Assembly: GCA_964057225.1 (NCBI GenBank)
Contig: OZ059894.1
Location: 24,056,001-24,120,000, forward strand
Reading direction: 5' to 3'
Length of the DNA stretch: 64,000 nt
Source: Auanema rhodensis
Taxonomy: Eukaryota; Animalia; Nematoda
The translations under genes and the position numbers were made by a program. Shown here in pieces: positions 29,501 through 44,350 of this stretch. Position 1 is the first letter of the stretch. The number at the start of each line of letters is the position of its first letter. The notes under the pieces were generated by a model. The model was not told where the DNA came from, made no database searches, and saw nothing but the letters and a program-made list of their open reading frames with translations.

Positions 29501-30976
29501 ATTAGTCTAAAAACAAATTTTTATTGATATTGGTTCATGGTAACCATGACTTTGAAATTTACGTGAACTTCAATTTATGCTAATTAAATGTACACGTGAT
29601 GTGCACTTGGTATGTAACTCGCTTCACGTGAAAGATGAAGAGATGCGGTTTTCAAAATTAGATTTCCTATGTCCATATTAGTCTAAAAACAAATTTTTAT
29701 TGATATTGGTTCATGGTAACCATGACTTTGAAATTTACGTGAACTTTAATTTATGCTAATTAAATGTACACGTGATGTGCACTTGGTATGTAACTCGCTT
29801 CACGTGAAAGATAAAGAGATGCGGTTTTCAAAATTAGATTCCCCATGTCCATATTAGTCTAAAAACAAATTTTTATTGATATTGGTTCATGGTAACCATG
29901 ACTTTGAAATTTACGTGAACTTTAATTTATGCTAATTAAATGTACACGTGATGTGCACTTGGTATGTAACTCGCTTCACGTGAAAGATAAAGAGATGCGG
30001 TTTTCAAAATTAGATTCCCCATGTCCATATTAGTCTAAAAACAAATTTTTATTGATATTGGTTCATGGTAACCATGACTTTGAAATTTACGTGAACTTCA
30101 ATTTATGCTAATTAAATGTACACGTGATGTGCACTTGGTATGTAACTCGCTTCACGTGAAAGATGAAGAGATGCGGTTTTCAAAATTAGATTCCCTATGT
30201 CCATATTAGTCTAAAAACAAATTTTTATTGATATTGGTTCATGGTAACCATGACTTTGAAATTTACGTGAACTTTAATTTATGCTAATTAAATGTACACG
30301 TGATGTGCACTTGGTATGTAACTCGCTTCACGTGAAAGATAAAGAGATGCGGTTTTCAAAATTAGATTCCCCATGTCCATATTAGTCTAAAAACAAATTT
30401 TTATTGATATTGGTTCATGGTAACCATGACTTTGAAATTTACGTGAACTTCAATTTATGCTAATTAAATGTACACGTGATGTGCACTTGGTATGTAACTC
30501 GCTTCACGTGAAAGATGAAGAGATGCGGTTTTCAAAATTAGATTCCCTATGTCCATATTAGTCTAAAAACAAATTTTTATTGATATTGGTTCATGGTAAC
30601 CATGACTTTGAAATTTACGTGAACTTTAATTTATGCTAATTAAATGTACACGTGATGTGCACTTGGTATGTAACTCGCTTCACGTGAAAGATAAAGAGAT
30701 GCGGTTTTCAAAATTAGATTCCCCATGTCCATATTAGTCTAAAAACAAATTTTTATTGATATTGGTTAATGGTAACCATGACTTTGAAATTTACGTGAAC
30801 TTTAATGTATGCTAATTAAATGTACACGTGATGTGCACTTGGTATGTAACTCGCTTCACGTGAAAGATAAAGAGATGCGGTTTTCAAAATTAGATTCCCC
30901 ATGTCCATATTAGTCTAAAAACAAATTTTTATTGATATTGGTGCATGGTAACCATGACTTTGAAATTTACGTGAAC
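20769..30976 (+). repeat. Tandem 29-monomer (5104 bp) duplication
   Basis: SNP pairs 21397/26501, 23967/29071, 25664/30768, 25703/30807. Confidence 0.87.
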
Positions 30977-33900
30977 TTTAATTTATGCTAATTAAATGTA
31001 CACGTGATGTGCACTTGGTATGTAACTCGCTTCACGTGAAAGATAAAGAGATGCGGTTTTCAAAATTAGATTCCCCATGTCCATATCAGTCTAAAAACAA
31101 ATTTTTATTGATATTGGTTCATGGTAACCATGACTTTGAAATTTACGTGAACTTTAATTTATGCTAATTAAATGTACACGTGATGTGCACTTGGTATGTA
31201 ACTCGCTTCACGTGAAAGATAAAGAGATGCGGTTTTCAAAATTAGATTCCCCATGTCCATATTAGTCTAAAAACAAATTTTTATTGATATTGGTTCATGG
31301 TAACCATGACTTTGAAATTTACGTGAACTTTGATTTATGCTAATTAAATGTACACGTGATGTGCACTTGGTATGTAACTCGCTTCACGTGAAAGATAAAG
31401 AGATGCGGTTTTCAAAATTAGATTCCCCATGTCCATATTAGTCTAAAAACAAATTTTTATTGATATTGGTGCATGGTAACCATGACTTTGAAATTTACGT
31501 GAACTTTAATTTATGCTAATTAAATGTACACGTGATGTGCCCTCGGTATGTAACTCGCTTCACGTGAAAGATAAAGAGATGCGGTTTTCAAAATTAGATT
31601 CCCCATGTCCATATTAGTCTAAAAACAAATTTTTATTGATATTGGTGCATGGTAACCATGACTTTGAAATTTACGTGAACTTTAATTTATGCTAATTAAA
31701 TGTACACGTGATGTGCACTTGGTATGTAACTCGCTTCACGTGGAAGATAAAGAAATGCGGTTTTCAAAATTAGATTCCCCATGTCCATATTAGTCTAAAA
31801 ACAAATTTTTTTTGATATTGGTGCATGGTAACCATGACTTTGAAATTTACGTGAACTTTAATTTATGCTAATTAAATGTACACGTGATGTGCACTCGGTA
31901 TGTAACTCGCTTCACGTAAAAGATAAAGAGATGCGGTTTTCAAAATTAAATTTCCCATGTCCATATTAGTCTAAAAACAAATTTTTATTGATATTGGTGC
32001 ATGGTAACCATGACTTTGAAATTTACGTGAACTTTAATTTATGCTAATTAAATGTACACGTGATGTGCACTTGGTATGTAACTCGCTTCACGTGAAAGAT
32101 AAAGAGATGCGGTTTTCAAAATTAGATTCCCCATGTCCATATTAGTCTAAAAACAAATTTTTATTGATATTGGTTCATGGTAACCATGATTTTGAAATTT
32201 ACGTGAACTTTAATTTATGCTAATTAAATGTACACGTGATGTGCACTTGGTATGTAACTCGCTTCACGTGAAAGATAAAGAGATGCGGTTTTCAAAATTA
32301 GATTCCCCCTGTCCATATTAGTCTAAAAACAAATTTTTATTGATATTGGTTCATGGTAACCATGACTTTGAAATTTACGTGAACTTTAATTTATGCTAAT
32401 TAAATGTACACGTGATGTGCACTTGGTATGTAACTCGCTTCACGTGAAAGATAAAGAGATGCGGTTTTCAAAATTAGATTCCCCATGTCCATATTAGTCT
32501 AAAAACAAATTTTTATTGATATTGGTTCATGGTAACCATGACTTTGAAATTTACGTGAACTTTAATTTATGCTAATTAAATGTACACGTGATGTGCACTT
32601 GGTATGTAACTCGCTTCACGTGAAAGATAAAGAGATGCGGTTTTCAAAATTAGATTCCCCATGTCCATATTAGTCTAAAAACAAATTTTTATTGATATTG
32701 GTTCATGGTAACCATGACTTTGAAATTTACGTGAACTTTAATTTATGCTAATTAAATGTACACGTGATGTGCACTTGGTATGTAACTCGCTTCACGTGAA
32801 AGATAAAGAGATGCGGTTTTCAAAATTAGATTCCCCATGTCCATATTAGTCTAAAAACAAATTTTTATTGATATTGGTGCATGGTAACCATGACTTTGAA
32901 ATTTACGTGAACTTTAATTTATGTCAATTAAATGTACACGTGATGTGCACTTGGTATGTAACTCGCTTCACGTGAAAGATAAAGAGATGCGGTTTTCAAA
33001 ATTAGATTCCCCATGTCCATATTAGTCTAAAAACAAATTTTTATTGATATTGGTTCATGGTAACCATGACTTTGAAATTTACGTGAACTTCAATTTATGC
33101 TAATTAAATGTACACGTGATGTGCACTTGGTATGTAACTCGCTTCACGTGAAAGATGAAGAGATGCGGTTTTCAAAATTAGATTCCCTATGTCCATATTA
33201 GTCTAAAAACAAATTTTTATTGATATTGGTTCATGGTAACCATGACTTTGAAATTTACGTGAACTTTAATTTATGCTAATTAAATGTACACGTGATGTGC
33301 ACTTGGTATGTAACTCGCTTCACGTGAAAGATAAAGAGATGCGGTTTTCAAAATTAGATTCCCCATGTCCATATTAGTCTAAAAACAAATTTTTATTGAT
33401 ATTGGTGCATGGTAACCATGACTTTGAAATTTACGTGAACTTTAATTTATGCTAATTAAATGTACACGTGATGTGCCCTCGGTATGTAACTCGCTTCACG
33501 TGAAAGATAAAGAGATGCGGTTTTCAAAATTAGATTCCCCATGTCCATATTAGTCTAAAAACAAATTTTTATTGATATTGGTGCATGGTAACCATGACTT
33601 TGAAATTTACGTGAACTTTAATTTATGCTAATTAAATGTACACGTGATGTGCACTTGGTATGTAACTCGCTTCACGTGAAAGATAAAGAAATGCGGTTTT
33701 CAAAATTAGATTCCCCATGTCCATATTAGTCTAAAAACAAATTTTTATTGATATTGGTGCATGGTAACCATGACTTTGAAATTTACGTGAACTTTAATTT
33801 ATGCTAATTAAATGTACACGTGATGTGCACTCGGTATGTAACTCGCTTCACGTAAAAGATAAAGAGATGCGGTTTTCAAAATTAAATTTCCCATGTCCAT

Positions 33901-36900
33901 ATTAGTCTAAAAACAAATTTTTATTGATATTGGTGCATGGTAACCATGACTTTGAAATTTACGTGAACTTTAATTTATGCTAATTAAATGTACACGTGAT
34001 GTGCACTTGGTATGTAACTCGCTTCACGTGAAAGATGAAGAGATGCGGTTTTCAAAATTAGATTCCCTATGTCCATATTAGTCTAAAAACAAATTTTTAT
34101 TGATATTGGTTCATGGTAACCATGACTTTGAAATTTACGTGAACTTTAATTTATGCTAATTAAATGTACACGTGATGTGCACTTGGTATGTAACTCGCTT
34201 CACGTGAAAGATAAAGAGATGCGGTTTTCAAAATTAGATTCCCCATGTCCATATTAGTCTAAAAACAAATTTTTATTGATATTGGTTCATGGTAACCATG
34301 ACTTTGAAATTTACGTGAACTTCAATTTATGCTAATTAAATGTACACGTGATGTGCACTTGGTATGTAACTCGCTTCACGTGAAAGATAAAGAGATGCGG
34401 TTTTCAAAATTAGATTCCCCATGTCCATATTAGTCTAAAAACAAATTTTTATTGATATTGGTGCATGGTAACCATGACTTTGAAATTTACGTGAACTTTA
34501 ATTTATGCTAATTAAATGTACACGTGATGTGCACTTGGTATGTAACTCGCTTCACGTGAAAGATAAAGAGATGCGGTTTTCAAAATTAGATTCCCCATGT
34601 CCATATTAGTCTAAAAACAAATTTTTATTGATATTGGTTCATGGTAACCATGACTTTGAAATTTACGTGAACTTTAATTTATGCTAATTAAATGTACACG
34701 TGATGTGCACTTGGTATGTAACTCGCTTCACGTGAAAGATAAAGAGATGCGGTTTTCAAAATTAGATTCCCCATGTCCATATTAGTCTAAAAACAAATTT
34801 TTATTGATATTGGTTCATGGTAACCATGACTTTGAAATTTACGTGAACTTTAATTTATGCTAATTAAATGTACACTTGATGTGCACTTGGTATGTAACTC
34901 GCTTCACGTGAAAGATAAAGAGATGCGGTTTTCAAAATTAAATTTCCCATGTCCATATTAGTCTAAAAACAAATTTTTATTGATATTGGTGCATGGTAAC
35001 CATGACTTTGAAATTTACGTGAACTTTAATTTATGCTAATTAAATGTACACGTGATGTGCACTTGGTATGTAACTCGCTTCACGTGAAAGATAAAGAGAT
35101 GCGGTTTTCAAAATTAGATTCCCCATGTCCATATTAGTCTAAAAACAAATTTTTATTGATATTGGTTCATGGTAACCATGACTTTGAAATTTACGTGAAC
35201 TTTAATTTATGCTAATTAAATGTACACGTGATGTGCACTTGGTATGTAACTCGCTTCACGTGAAAGATAAAGAGATGCGGTTTTCAAAATTAGATTCCCC
35301 CTGTCCATATTAGTCTAAAAACAAATTTTTATTGATATTGGTTCATGGTAACCATGACTTTGAAATTTACGTGAACTTTAATTTATGCTAATTAAATGTA
35401 CACGTGATGTGCACTTGGTATGTAACTCGCTTCACGTGAAAGATAAAGAGATGCGGTTTTCAAAATTAGATTCCCCCTGTCCATATTAGTCTAAAAACAA
35501 ATTTTTATTGATATTGGTTCATGGTAACCATGACTTTGAAATTTACGTGAACTTTAATTTATGCTAATTAAATGTACACGTGATGTGCACTTGGTATGTA
35601 ACTCGCTTCACGTGAAAGATAAAGAGATGCGGTTTTCAAAATTAGATTCCTCATGTCCATATTAGTCTAAAAACAAATTTTTATTGATATTGGTTCATGG
35701 TAACCATGACTTTGAAATTTACGTGAACTTCAATTTATGCTAATTAAATGTACACGTGATGTGCACTTGGTATGTAACTCGCTTCACGTGAAAGATGAAG
35801 AGATGCGGTTTTCAAAATTAGATTTCCTATGTCCATATTAGTCTAAAAACAAATTTTTATTGATATTGGTTCATGGTAACCATGACTTTGAAATTTACGT
35901 GAACTTTAATTTATGCTAATTAAATGTACACGTGATGTGCACTTGGTATGTAACTCGCTTCACGTGAAAGATAAAGAGATGCGGTTTTCAAAATTAGATT
36001 CCCCATGTCCATATTAGTCTAAAAACAAATTTTTATTGATATTGGTTCATGGTAACCATGACTTTGAAATTTACGTGAACTTTAATTTATGCTAGTTAAA
36101 TGTACACGTGATGTGCACTTGGTATGTAACTCGCTTCACGTGAAAGATAAAGAGATGCGGTTTTCAAAATTAGATTCCCCATGTCCATATTAGTCTAAAA
36201 ACAAATTTTTATTGATATTGGTTCATGGTAACCATGACTTTGAAATTTACGTGAACTTCAATTTATGCTAATTAAATGTACACGTGATGTGCACTTGGTA
36301 TGTAACTCGCTTCACGTGAAAGATGAAGAGATGCGGTTTTCAAAATTAGATTCCCTATGTCCATATTAGTCTAAAAACAAATTTTTATTGATATTGGTTC
36401 ATGGTAACCATGACTTTGAAATTTACGTGAACTTTAATTTATGCTAATTAAATGTACACGTGATGGGCACTTGGTATGTAACTCGCTTCACGTGAAAGAT
36501 AAAGAGATGCGGTTTTCAAAATTAGATTCCCCATGTCCATATTAGTCTAAAAACAAATTTTTATTGATATTGGTGCATGGTAACCATGACTTTGAAATTT
36601 ACGTGAACTTTAATTTATGCTAATTAAATGTACACGTGATGTGCACTTGGTATGTAACTCGCTTCACGTGAAAGATAAAGAGATGCGGTTTTCAAAATTA
36701 GATTCCCCATGTCCATATTAGTCTAAAAACAAATTTTTATTGATATTGGTTCATGGTAACCATGACTTTGAAATTTACGTGAACTTTAATTTATGCTAAT
36801 TAAATGTACACGTGATGTGCACTTGGTATGTAACTCGCTTCACGTGAAAGATAAAGAGATGCGGTTTTCAAAATTAGATTCCCCATGTCCATATTAGTCT

Positions 36901-39900
36901 GAAAACAAATTTTTATTGATATTGGTTCATGATAACCATGACTTTGAAATTTACGTGAACTTTAATTTATGCTAATTAAATGTACACGTGTTGTGCACTT
37001 GGTATGTAACTCGCTTCACGTGAAAGATAAAGAGATGCGGTTTTCAAAATTAGATTCCCCATGTCCATATTAGTCTAAAAACAAATTTTTATTGATATTG
37101 GTGCATGGTAACCATGACTTTGAAATTTACGTGAACTTTAATTTATGCTAATTAAATGTACACGTGATGTGCCCTCGGTATGTAACTCGCTTCACGTGAA
37201 AGATAAAGAGATGCGGTTTTCAAAATTAGATTCCCCATGTCCATATTAGTCTAAAAACAAATTTTTATTGATATTGGTGCATGGTAACCATGACTTTGAA
37301 ATTTACGTGAACTTTAATTTATGCTAATTAAATGTACACGTGATGTGCACTTGGTATGTAACTCGCTTCACGTGAAAGATAAAGAGATGCGGTTTTCAAA
37401 ATTAGATTCCCCATGTCCATATTAGTCTAAAAACAAATTTTTATTGATATTGGTTCATGGTAACCATGACTTTGAAATTTACGTGAACTTCAATTTATGC
37501 TAATTAAATGTACACGTGATGTGCACTTGGTATGTAACTCGCTTCACGTGAAAGATGAAGAGATGCGGTTTTCAAAATTAGATTTCCTATGTCCATATTA
37601 GTCTAAAAACAAATTTTTATTGATATTGGTTCATGGTAACCATGACTTTGAAATTTACGTGAACTTTAATTTATGCTAATTAAATGTACACGTGATGTGC
37701 ACTTGGTATGTAACTCGCTTCACGTGAAAGATAAAGAGATGCGGTTTTCAAAATTAGATTCCCCATGTCCATATTAGTCTAAAAACAAATTTTTATTGAT
37801 ATTGGTTCATGGTAACCATGACTTTGAAATTTACGTGAACTTTAATTTATGCTAATTAAATGTACACGTGATGTGCACTTGGTATGTAACTCGCTTCACG
37901 TGAAAGATAAAGAGATGCGGTTTTCAAAATTAGATTCCCCATGTCCATATTAGTCTAAAAACAAATTTTTATTGATATTGGTTCATGGTAACCATGACTT
38001 TGAAATTTACGTGAACTTCAATTTATGCTAATTAAATGTACACGTGATGTGCACTTGGTATGTAACTCGCTTCACGTGAAAGATGAAGAGATGCGGTTTT
38101 CAAAATTAGATTCCCTATGTCCATATTAGTCTAAAAACAAATTTTTATTGATATTGGTTCATGGTAACCATGACTTTGAAATTTACGTGAACTTTAATTT
38201 ATGCTAATTAAATGTACACGTGATGTGCTCTTGGTATGTAACTCGCTTCACGTGAAAGATAAAGAGATGCGGTTTTCAAAATTAGATTCCCCATGTCCAT
38301 ATTAGTCTAAAAACAAATTTTTATTGATATTGGTTCATGGTAACCATGACTTTGAAATTTACGTGAACTTCAATTTATGCTAATTAAATGTACACGTGAT
38401 GTGCACTTGGTATGTAACTCGCTTCACGTGAAAGATGAAGAGATGCGGTTTTCAAAATTAGATTCCCTATGTCCATATTAGTCTAAAAACAAATTTTTAT
38501 TGATATTGGTTCATGGTAACCATGACTTTGAAATTTACGTGAACTTTAATTTATGCTAATTAAATGTACACGTGATGTGCACTTGGTATGTAACTCGCTT
38601 CACGTGAAAGATAAAGAGATGCGGTTTTCAAAATTAGATTCCCCATGTCCATATTAGTCTAAAAACAAATTTTTATTGATATTGGTTCATGGTAACCATG
38701 ACTTTGAAATTTACGTGAACTTTAATTTATGCTAATTAAATGTACACGTGATGTGCACTTGGTATGTAACTCGCTTCACGTGAAAGATAAAGAGATGCGG
38801 TTTTCAAAATTAGATTCCCCATGTCCATATTAGTCTAAAAACAAATTTTTATTGATATTGGTGCATGGTAACCATGACTTTGAAATTTACGTGAACTTTA
38901 ATTTATGCTAATTAAATGTACACGTGATGTGCACTTGGTATGTAACTCGCTTCACGTGAAAGATAAAGAGATGCGGTTTTCAAAATTAGATTCCCCATGT
39001 CCATATCAGTCTAAAAACAAATTTTTATTGATATTGGTTCATGGTAACCATGACTTTGAAATTTACGTGAACTTTAATTTATGCTAATTAAATGTACACG
39101 TGATGTGCACTTGGTATGTAACTCGCTTCACGTGAAAGATAAAGAGATGCGGTTTTCAAAATTAGATTCCCCATGTCCATATTAGTCTAAAAACAAATTT
39201 TTATTGATATTGGTTCATGGTAACCATGACTTTGAAATTTACGTGAACTTTGATTTATGCTAATTAAATGTACACGTGATGTGCACTTGGTATGTAACTC
39301 GCTTCACGTGAAAGATAAAGAGATGCGGTTTTCAAAATTAGATTCCCCATGTCCATATTAGTCTAAAAACAAATTTTTATTGATATTGGTGCATGGTAAC
39401 CATGACTTTGAAATTTACGTGAACTTTAATTTATGCTAATTAAATGTACACGTGATGTGCCCTCGGTATGTAACTCGCTTCACGTGAAAGATAAAGAGAT
39501 GCGGTTTTCAAAATTAGATTCCCCATGTCCATATTAGTCTAAAAACAAATTTTTATTGATATTGGTGCATGGTAACCATGACTTTGAAATTTACGTGAAC
39601 TTTAATTTATGCTAATTAAATGTACACGTGATGTGCACTTGGTATGTAACTCGCTTCACGTGGAAGATAAAGAAATGCGGTTTTCAAAATTAGATTCCCC
39701 ATGTCCATATTAGTCTAAAAACAAATTTTTATTGATATTGGTGCATGGTAACCATGACTTTGAAATTTACGTGAACTTTAATTTATGCTAATTAAATGTA
39801 CACGTGATGTGCACTCGGTATGTAACTCGCTTCACGTAAAAGATAAAGAGATGCGGTTTTCAAAATTAAATTTCCCATGTCCATATTAGTCTAAAAACAA

Positions 39901-40500
39901 ATTTTTATTGATATTGGTGCATGGTAACCATGACTTTGAAATTTACGTGAACTTTAATTTATGCTAATTAAATGTACACGTGATGTGCACTTGGTATGTA
40001 ACTCGCTTCACGTGAAAGATAAAGAGATGCGGTTTTCAAAATTAGATTCCCCATGTCCATATTAGTCTAAAAACAAATTTTTATTGATATTGGTTCATGG
40101 TAACCATGACTTTGAAATTTACGTGAACTTTAATTTATGCTAATTAAATGTACACGTGATGTGCACTTGGTATGTAACTCGCTTCACGTGAAAGATAAAG
40201 AGATGCGGTTTTCAAAATTAGATTCCCCCTGTCCATATTAGTCTAAAAACAAATTTTTATTGATATTGGTTCATGGTAACCATGACTTTGAAATTTACGT
40301 GAACTTTAATTTATGCTAATTAAATGTACACGTGATGTGCACTTGGTATGTAACTCGCTTCACGTGAAAGATAAAGAGATGCGGTTTTCAAAATTAGATT
40401 CCCCATGTCCATATTAGTCTAAAAACAAATTTTTATTGATATTGGTTCATGGTAACCATGACTTTGAAATTTACGTGAACTTTAATTTATGCTAATTAAA
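28000..40500 (+). repeat. Duplicated block at 45-monomer (7920 bp) offset (about 28.0-32.6 kb repeated at about 35.9-40.5 kb)
   Basis: SNP pairs 28546/36466, 29071/36991, 31087/39007, 31332/39252, 31743/39663. The two identical ORFs are 7920 bp apart. Boundaries are approximate. Confidence 0.85.
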
Positions 40501-43500
40501 TGTACACGTGATGTGCACTTGGTATGTAACTCGCTTCACGTGAAAGATAAAGAGATGCGGTTTTCAAAATTAGATTCCCCATGTCCATATTAGTCTAAAA
40601 ACAAATTTTTATTGATATTGGTGCATGGTAACCATGACTTTGAAATTTACGTGAACTTTAATTTATGCTAATTAAATGTACACGTGATGTGCACTTGGTA
40701 TGTAACTCGCTTCACGTGAAAGATAAAGAGATGCGGTTTTCAAAATTAGATTCCCCATGTCCATATTAGTCTAAAAACAAATTTTTATTGATATTGGTTC
40801 ATGGTAACCATGACTTTGAAATTTACGTGAACTTCAATTTATGCTAATTAAATGTACACGTGATGTGCACTTGGTATGTAACTCGCTTCACGTGAAAGAT
40901 GAAGAGATGCGGTTTTCAAAATTAGATTCCCTATGTCCATATTAGTCTAAAAACAAATTTTTATTGATATTGGTTCATGGTAACCATGACTTTGAAATTT
41001 ACGTGAACTTTAATTTATGCTAATTAAATGTACACGTGATGTGCACTTGGTATGTAACTCGCTTCACGTGAAAGATAAAGAGATGCGGTTTTCAAAATTA
41101 GATTCCCCATGTCCATATTAGTCTAAAAACAAATTTTTATTGATATTGGTGCATGGTAACCATGACTTTGAAATTTACGTGAACTTTAATTTATGCTAAT
41201 TAAATGTACACGTGATGTGCCCTCGGTATGTAACTCGCTTCACGTGAAAGATAAAGAGATGCGGTTTTCAAAATTAGATTCCCCATGTCCATATTAGTCT
41301 AAAAACAAATTTTTATTGATATTGGTGCATGGTAACCATGACTTTGAAATTTACGTGAACTTTAATTTATGCTAATTAAATGTACACGTGATGTGCACTC
41401 GGTATGTAACTCGCTTCACGTAAAAGATAAAGAGATGCGGTTTTCAAAATTAAATTTCCCATGTCCATATTAGTCTAAAAACAAATTTTTATTGATATTG
41501 GTGCATGGTAACCATGACTTTGAAATTTACGTGAACTTTAATTTATGCTAATTAAATGTACACGTGATGTGCACTTGGTATGTAACTCGCTTCACGTGAA
41601 AGATAAAGAGATGCGGTTTTCAAAATTAGATTCCCCATGTCCATATTAGTCTAAAAACAAATTTTTATTGATATTGGTTCATGGTAACCATGACTTTGAA
41701 ATTTACGTGAACTTTAATTTATGCTAATTAAATGTACACGTGATGTGCACTTGGTATGTAACTCGCTTCACGTGAAAGATAAAGAGATGCGGTTTTCAAA
41801 ATTAGATTCCCCCTGTCCATATTAGTCTAAAAACAAATTTTTATTGATATTGGTTCATGGTAACCATGACTTTGAAATTTACGTGAACTTTAATTTATGC
41901 TAATTAAATGTACACGTGATGTGCACTTGGTATGTAACTCGCTTCACGTGAAAGATAAAGAGATGCGGTTTTCAAAATTAGATTCCCCATGTCCATATTA
42001 GTCTAAAAACAAATTTTTATTGATATTGGTTCATGGTAACCATGACTTTGAAATTTACGTGAACTTTAATTTATGCTAATTAAATGTACACGTGATGTGC
42101 ACTTGGTATGTAACTCGCTTCACGTGAAAGATAAAGAGATGCGGTTTTCAAAATTAGATTCCCCATGTCCATATTAGTCTAAAAACAAATTTTTATTGAT
42201 ATTGGTGCATGGTAACCATGACTTTGAAATTTACGTGAACTTTAATTTATGCTAATTAAATGTACACGTGATGTGCACTTGGTATGTAACTCGCTTCACG
42301 TGAAAGATAAAGAGATGCGGTTTTCAAAATTAGATTCCCCATGTCCATATTAGTCTAAAAACAAATTTTTATTGATATTGGTTCATGGTAACCATGACTT
42401 TGAAATTTACGTGAACTTCAATTTATGCTAATTAAATGTACACGTGATGTGCACTTGGTATGTAACTCGCTTCACGTGAAAGATGAAGAGATGCGGTTTT
42501 CAAAATTAGATTCCCTATGTCCATATTAGTCTAAAAACAAATTTTTATTGATATTGGTTCATGGTAACCATGACTTTGAAATTTACGTGAACTTTAATTT
42601 ATGCTAATTAAATGTACACGTGATGTGCACTTGGTATGTAACTCGCTTCACGTGAAAGATAAAGAGATGCGGTTTTCAAAATTAGATTCCCCATGTCCAT
42701 ATTAGTCTAAAAACAAATTTTTATTGATATTGGTGCATGGTAACCATGACTTTGAAATTTACGTGAACTTTAATTTATGCTAATTAAATGTACACGTGAT
42801 GTGCCCTCGGTATGTAACTCGCTTCACGTGAAAGATAAAGAGATGCGGTTTTCAAAATTAGATTCCCCATGTCCATATTAGTCTAAAAACAAATTTTTAT
42901 TGATATTGGTGCATGGTAACCATGACTTTGAAATTTACGTGAACTTTAATTTATGCTAATTAAATGTACACGTGATGTGCACTCGGTATGTAACTCGCTT
43001 CACGTAAAAGATAAAGAGATGCGGTTTTCAAAATTAAATTTCCCATGTCCATATTAGTCTAAAAACAAATTTTTATTGATATTGGTGCATGGTAACCATG
43101 ACTTTGAAATTTACGTGAACTTTAATTTATGCTAATTAAATGTACACGTGATGTGCACTTGGTATGTAACTCGCTTCACGTGAAAGATAAAGAGATGCGG
43201 TTTTCAAAATTAGATTCCCCATGTCCATATTAGTCTAAAAACAAATTTTTATTGATATTGGTTCATGGTAACCATGACTTTGAAATTTACGTGAACTTTA
43301 ATTTATGCTAATTAAATGTACACGTGATGTGCACTTGGTATGTAACTCGCTTCACGTGAAAGATAAAGAGATGCGGTTTTCAAAATTAGATTCCCCCTGT
43401 CCATATTAGTCTAAAAACAAATTTTTATTGATATTGGTTCATGGTAACCATGACTTTGAAATTTACGTGAACTTTAATTTATGCTAATTAAATGTACACG

Positions 43501-44350
43501 TGATGTGCACTTGGTATGTAACTCGCTTCACGTGAAAGATAAAGAGATGCGGTTTTCAAAATTAGATTCCCCATGTCCATATTAGTCTAAAAACAAATTT
43601 TTATTGATATTGGTTCATGGTAACCATGACTTTGAAATTTACGTGAACTTTAATTTATGCTAATTAAATGTACACGTGATGTGCACTTGGTATGTAACTC
43701 GCTTCACGTGAAAGATAGAGAGATGCGGTTTTCAAAATTAGATTCCCCATGTCCATATTAGTCTAAAAACAAATTTTTATTGATATTGGTGCATGGTAAC
43801 CATGACTTTGAAATTTACGTGAACTTTAATTTATGCTAATTAAATGTACACGTGATGTGCACTTGGTATGTAACTCGCTTCACGTGAAAGATAAAGAGAT
43901 GCGGTTTTCAAAATTAGATTCCCCATGTCCATATTAGTCTAAAAACAAATTTTTATTGATATTGGTTCATGGTAACCATGACTTTGAAATTTACGTGAAC
44001 TTCAATTTATGCTAATTAAATGTACACGTGATGTGCACTTGGTATGTAACTCGCTTCACGTGAAAGATGAAGAGATGCGGTTTTCAAAATTAGATTCCCT
44101 ATGTCCATATTAGTCTAAAAACAAATTTTTATTGATATTGGTTCATGGTAACTATGACTTTGAAATTTACGTGAACTTTAATTTATGCTAATTAAATGTA
44201 CACGTGATGTGCACTTGGTATGTAACTCGCTTCACGTGAAAGATAAAGAGATGCGGTTTTCAAAATTAGATTCCCCATGTCCATATTAGTCTAAAAACAA
44301 ATTTTTATTGATATTGGTTCATGGTAACCATGACTTTGAAATTTACGTGA
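39777..44350 (+). repeat. Local 9-monomer (1584 bp) higher-order repeat, about 3 copies
   Basis: The T40C+G62A+G93A+C97T monomer occurs at 39816, 41400 and 42984; A101C occurs at 40229, 41813 and 43397. Confidence 0.85.

Noticed and set aside
30985-31167. 60-aa ORF MLIKCTRDVH...
   Set aside because: It is one satellite monomer in which T111C (31087) changes the consensus TAG to CAG. The 176-bp unit is not a multiple of 3, there is no recognisable domain or gene context, and nearly all other monomers keep the stop.
38905-39087. Second identical 60-aa ORF
   Set aside because: It is a copy of the same SNP (39007) carried by the 45-monomer duplication, so it is not independent evidence of coding.
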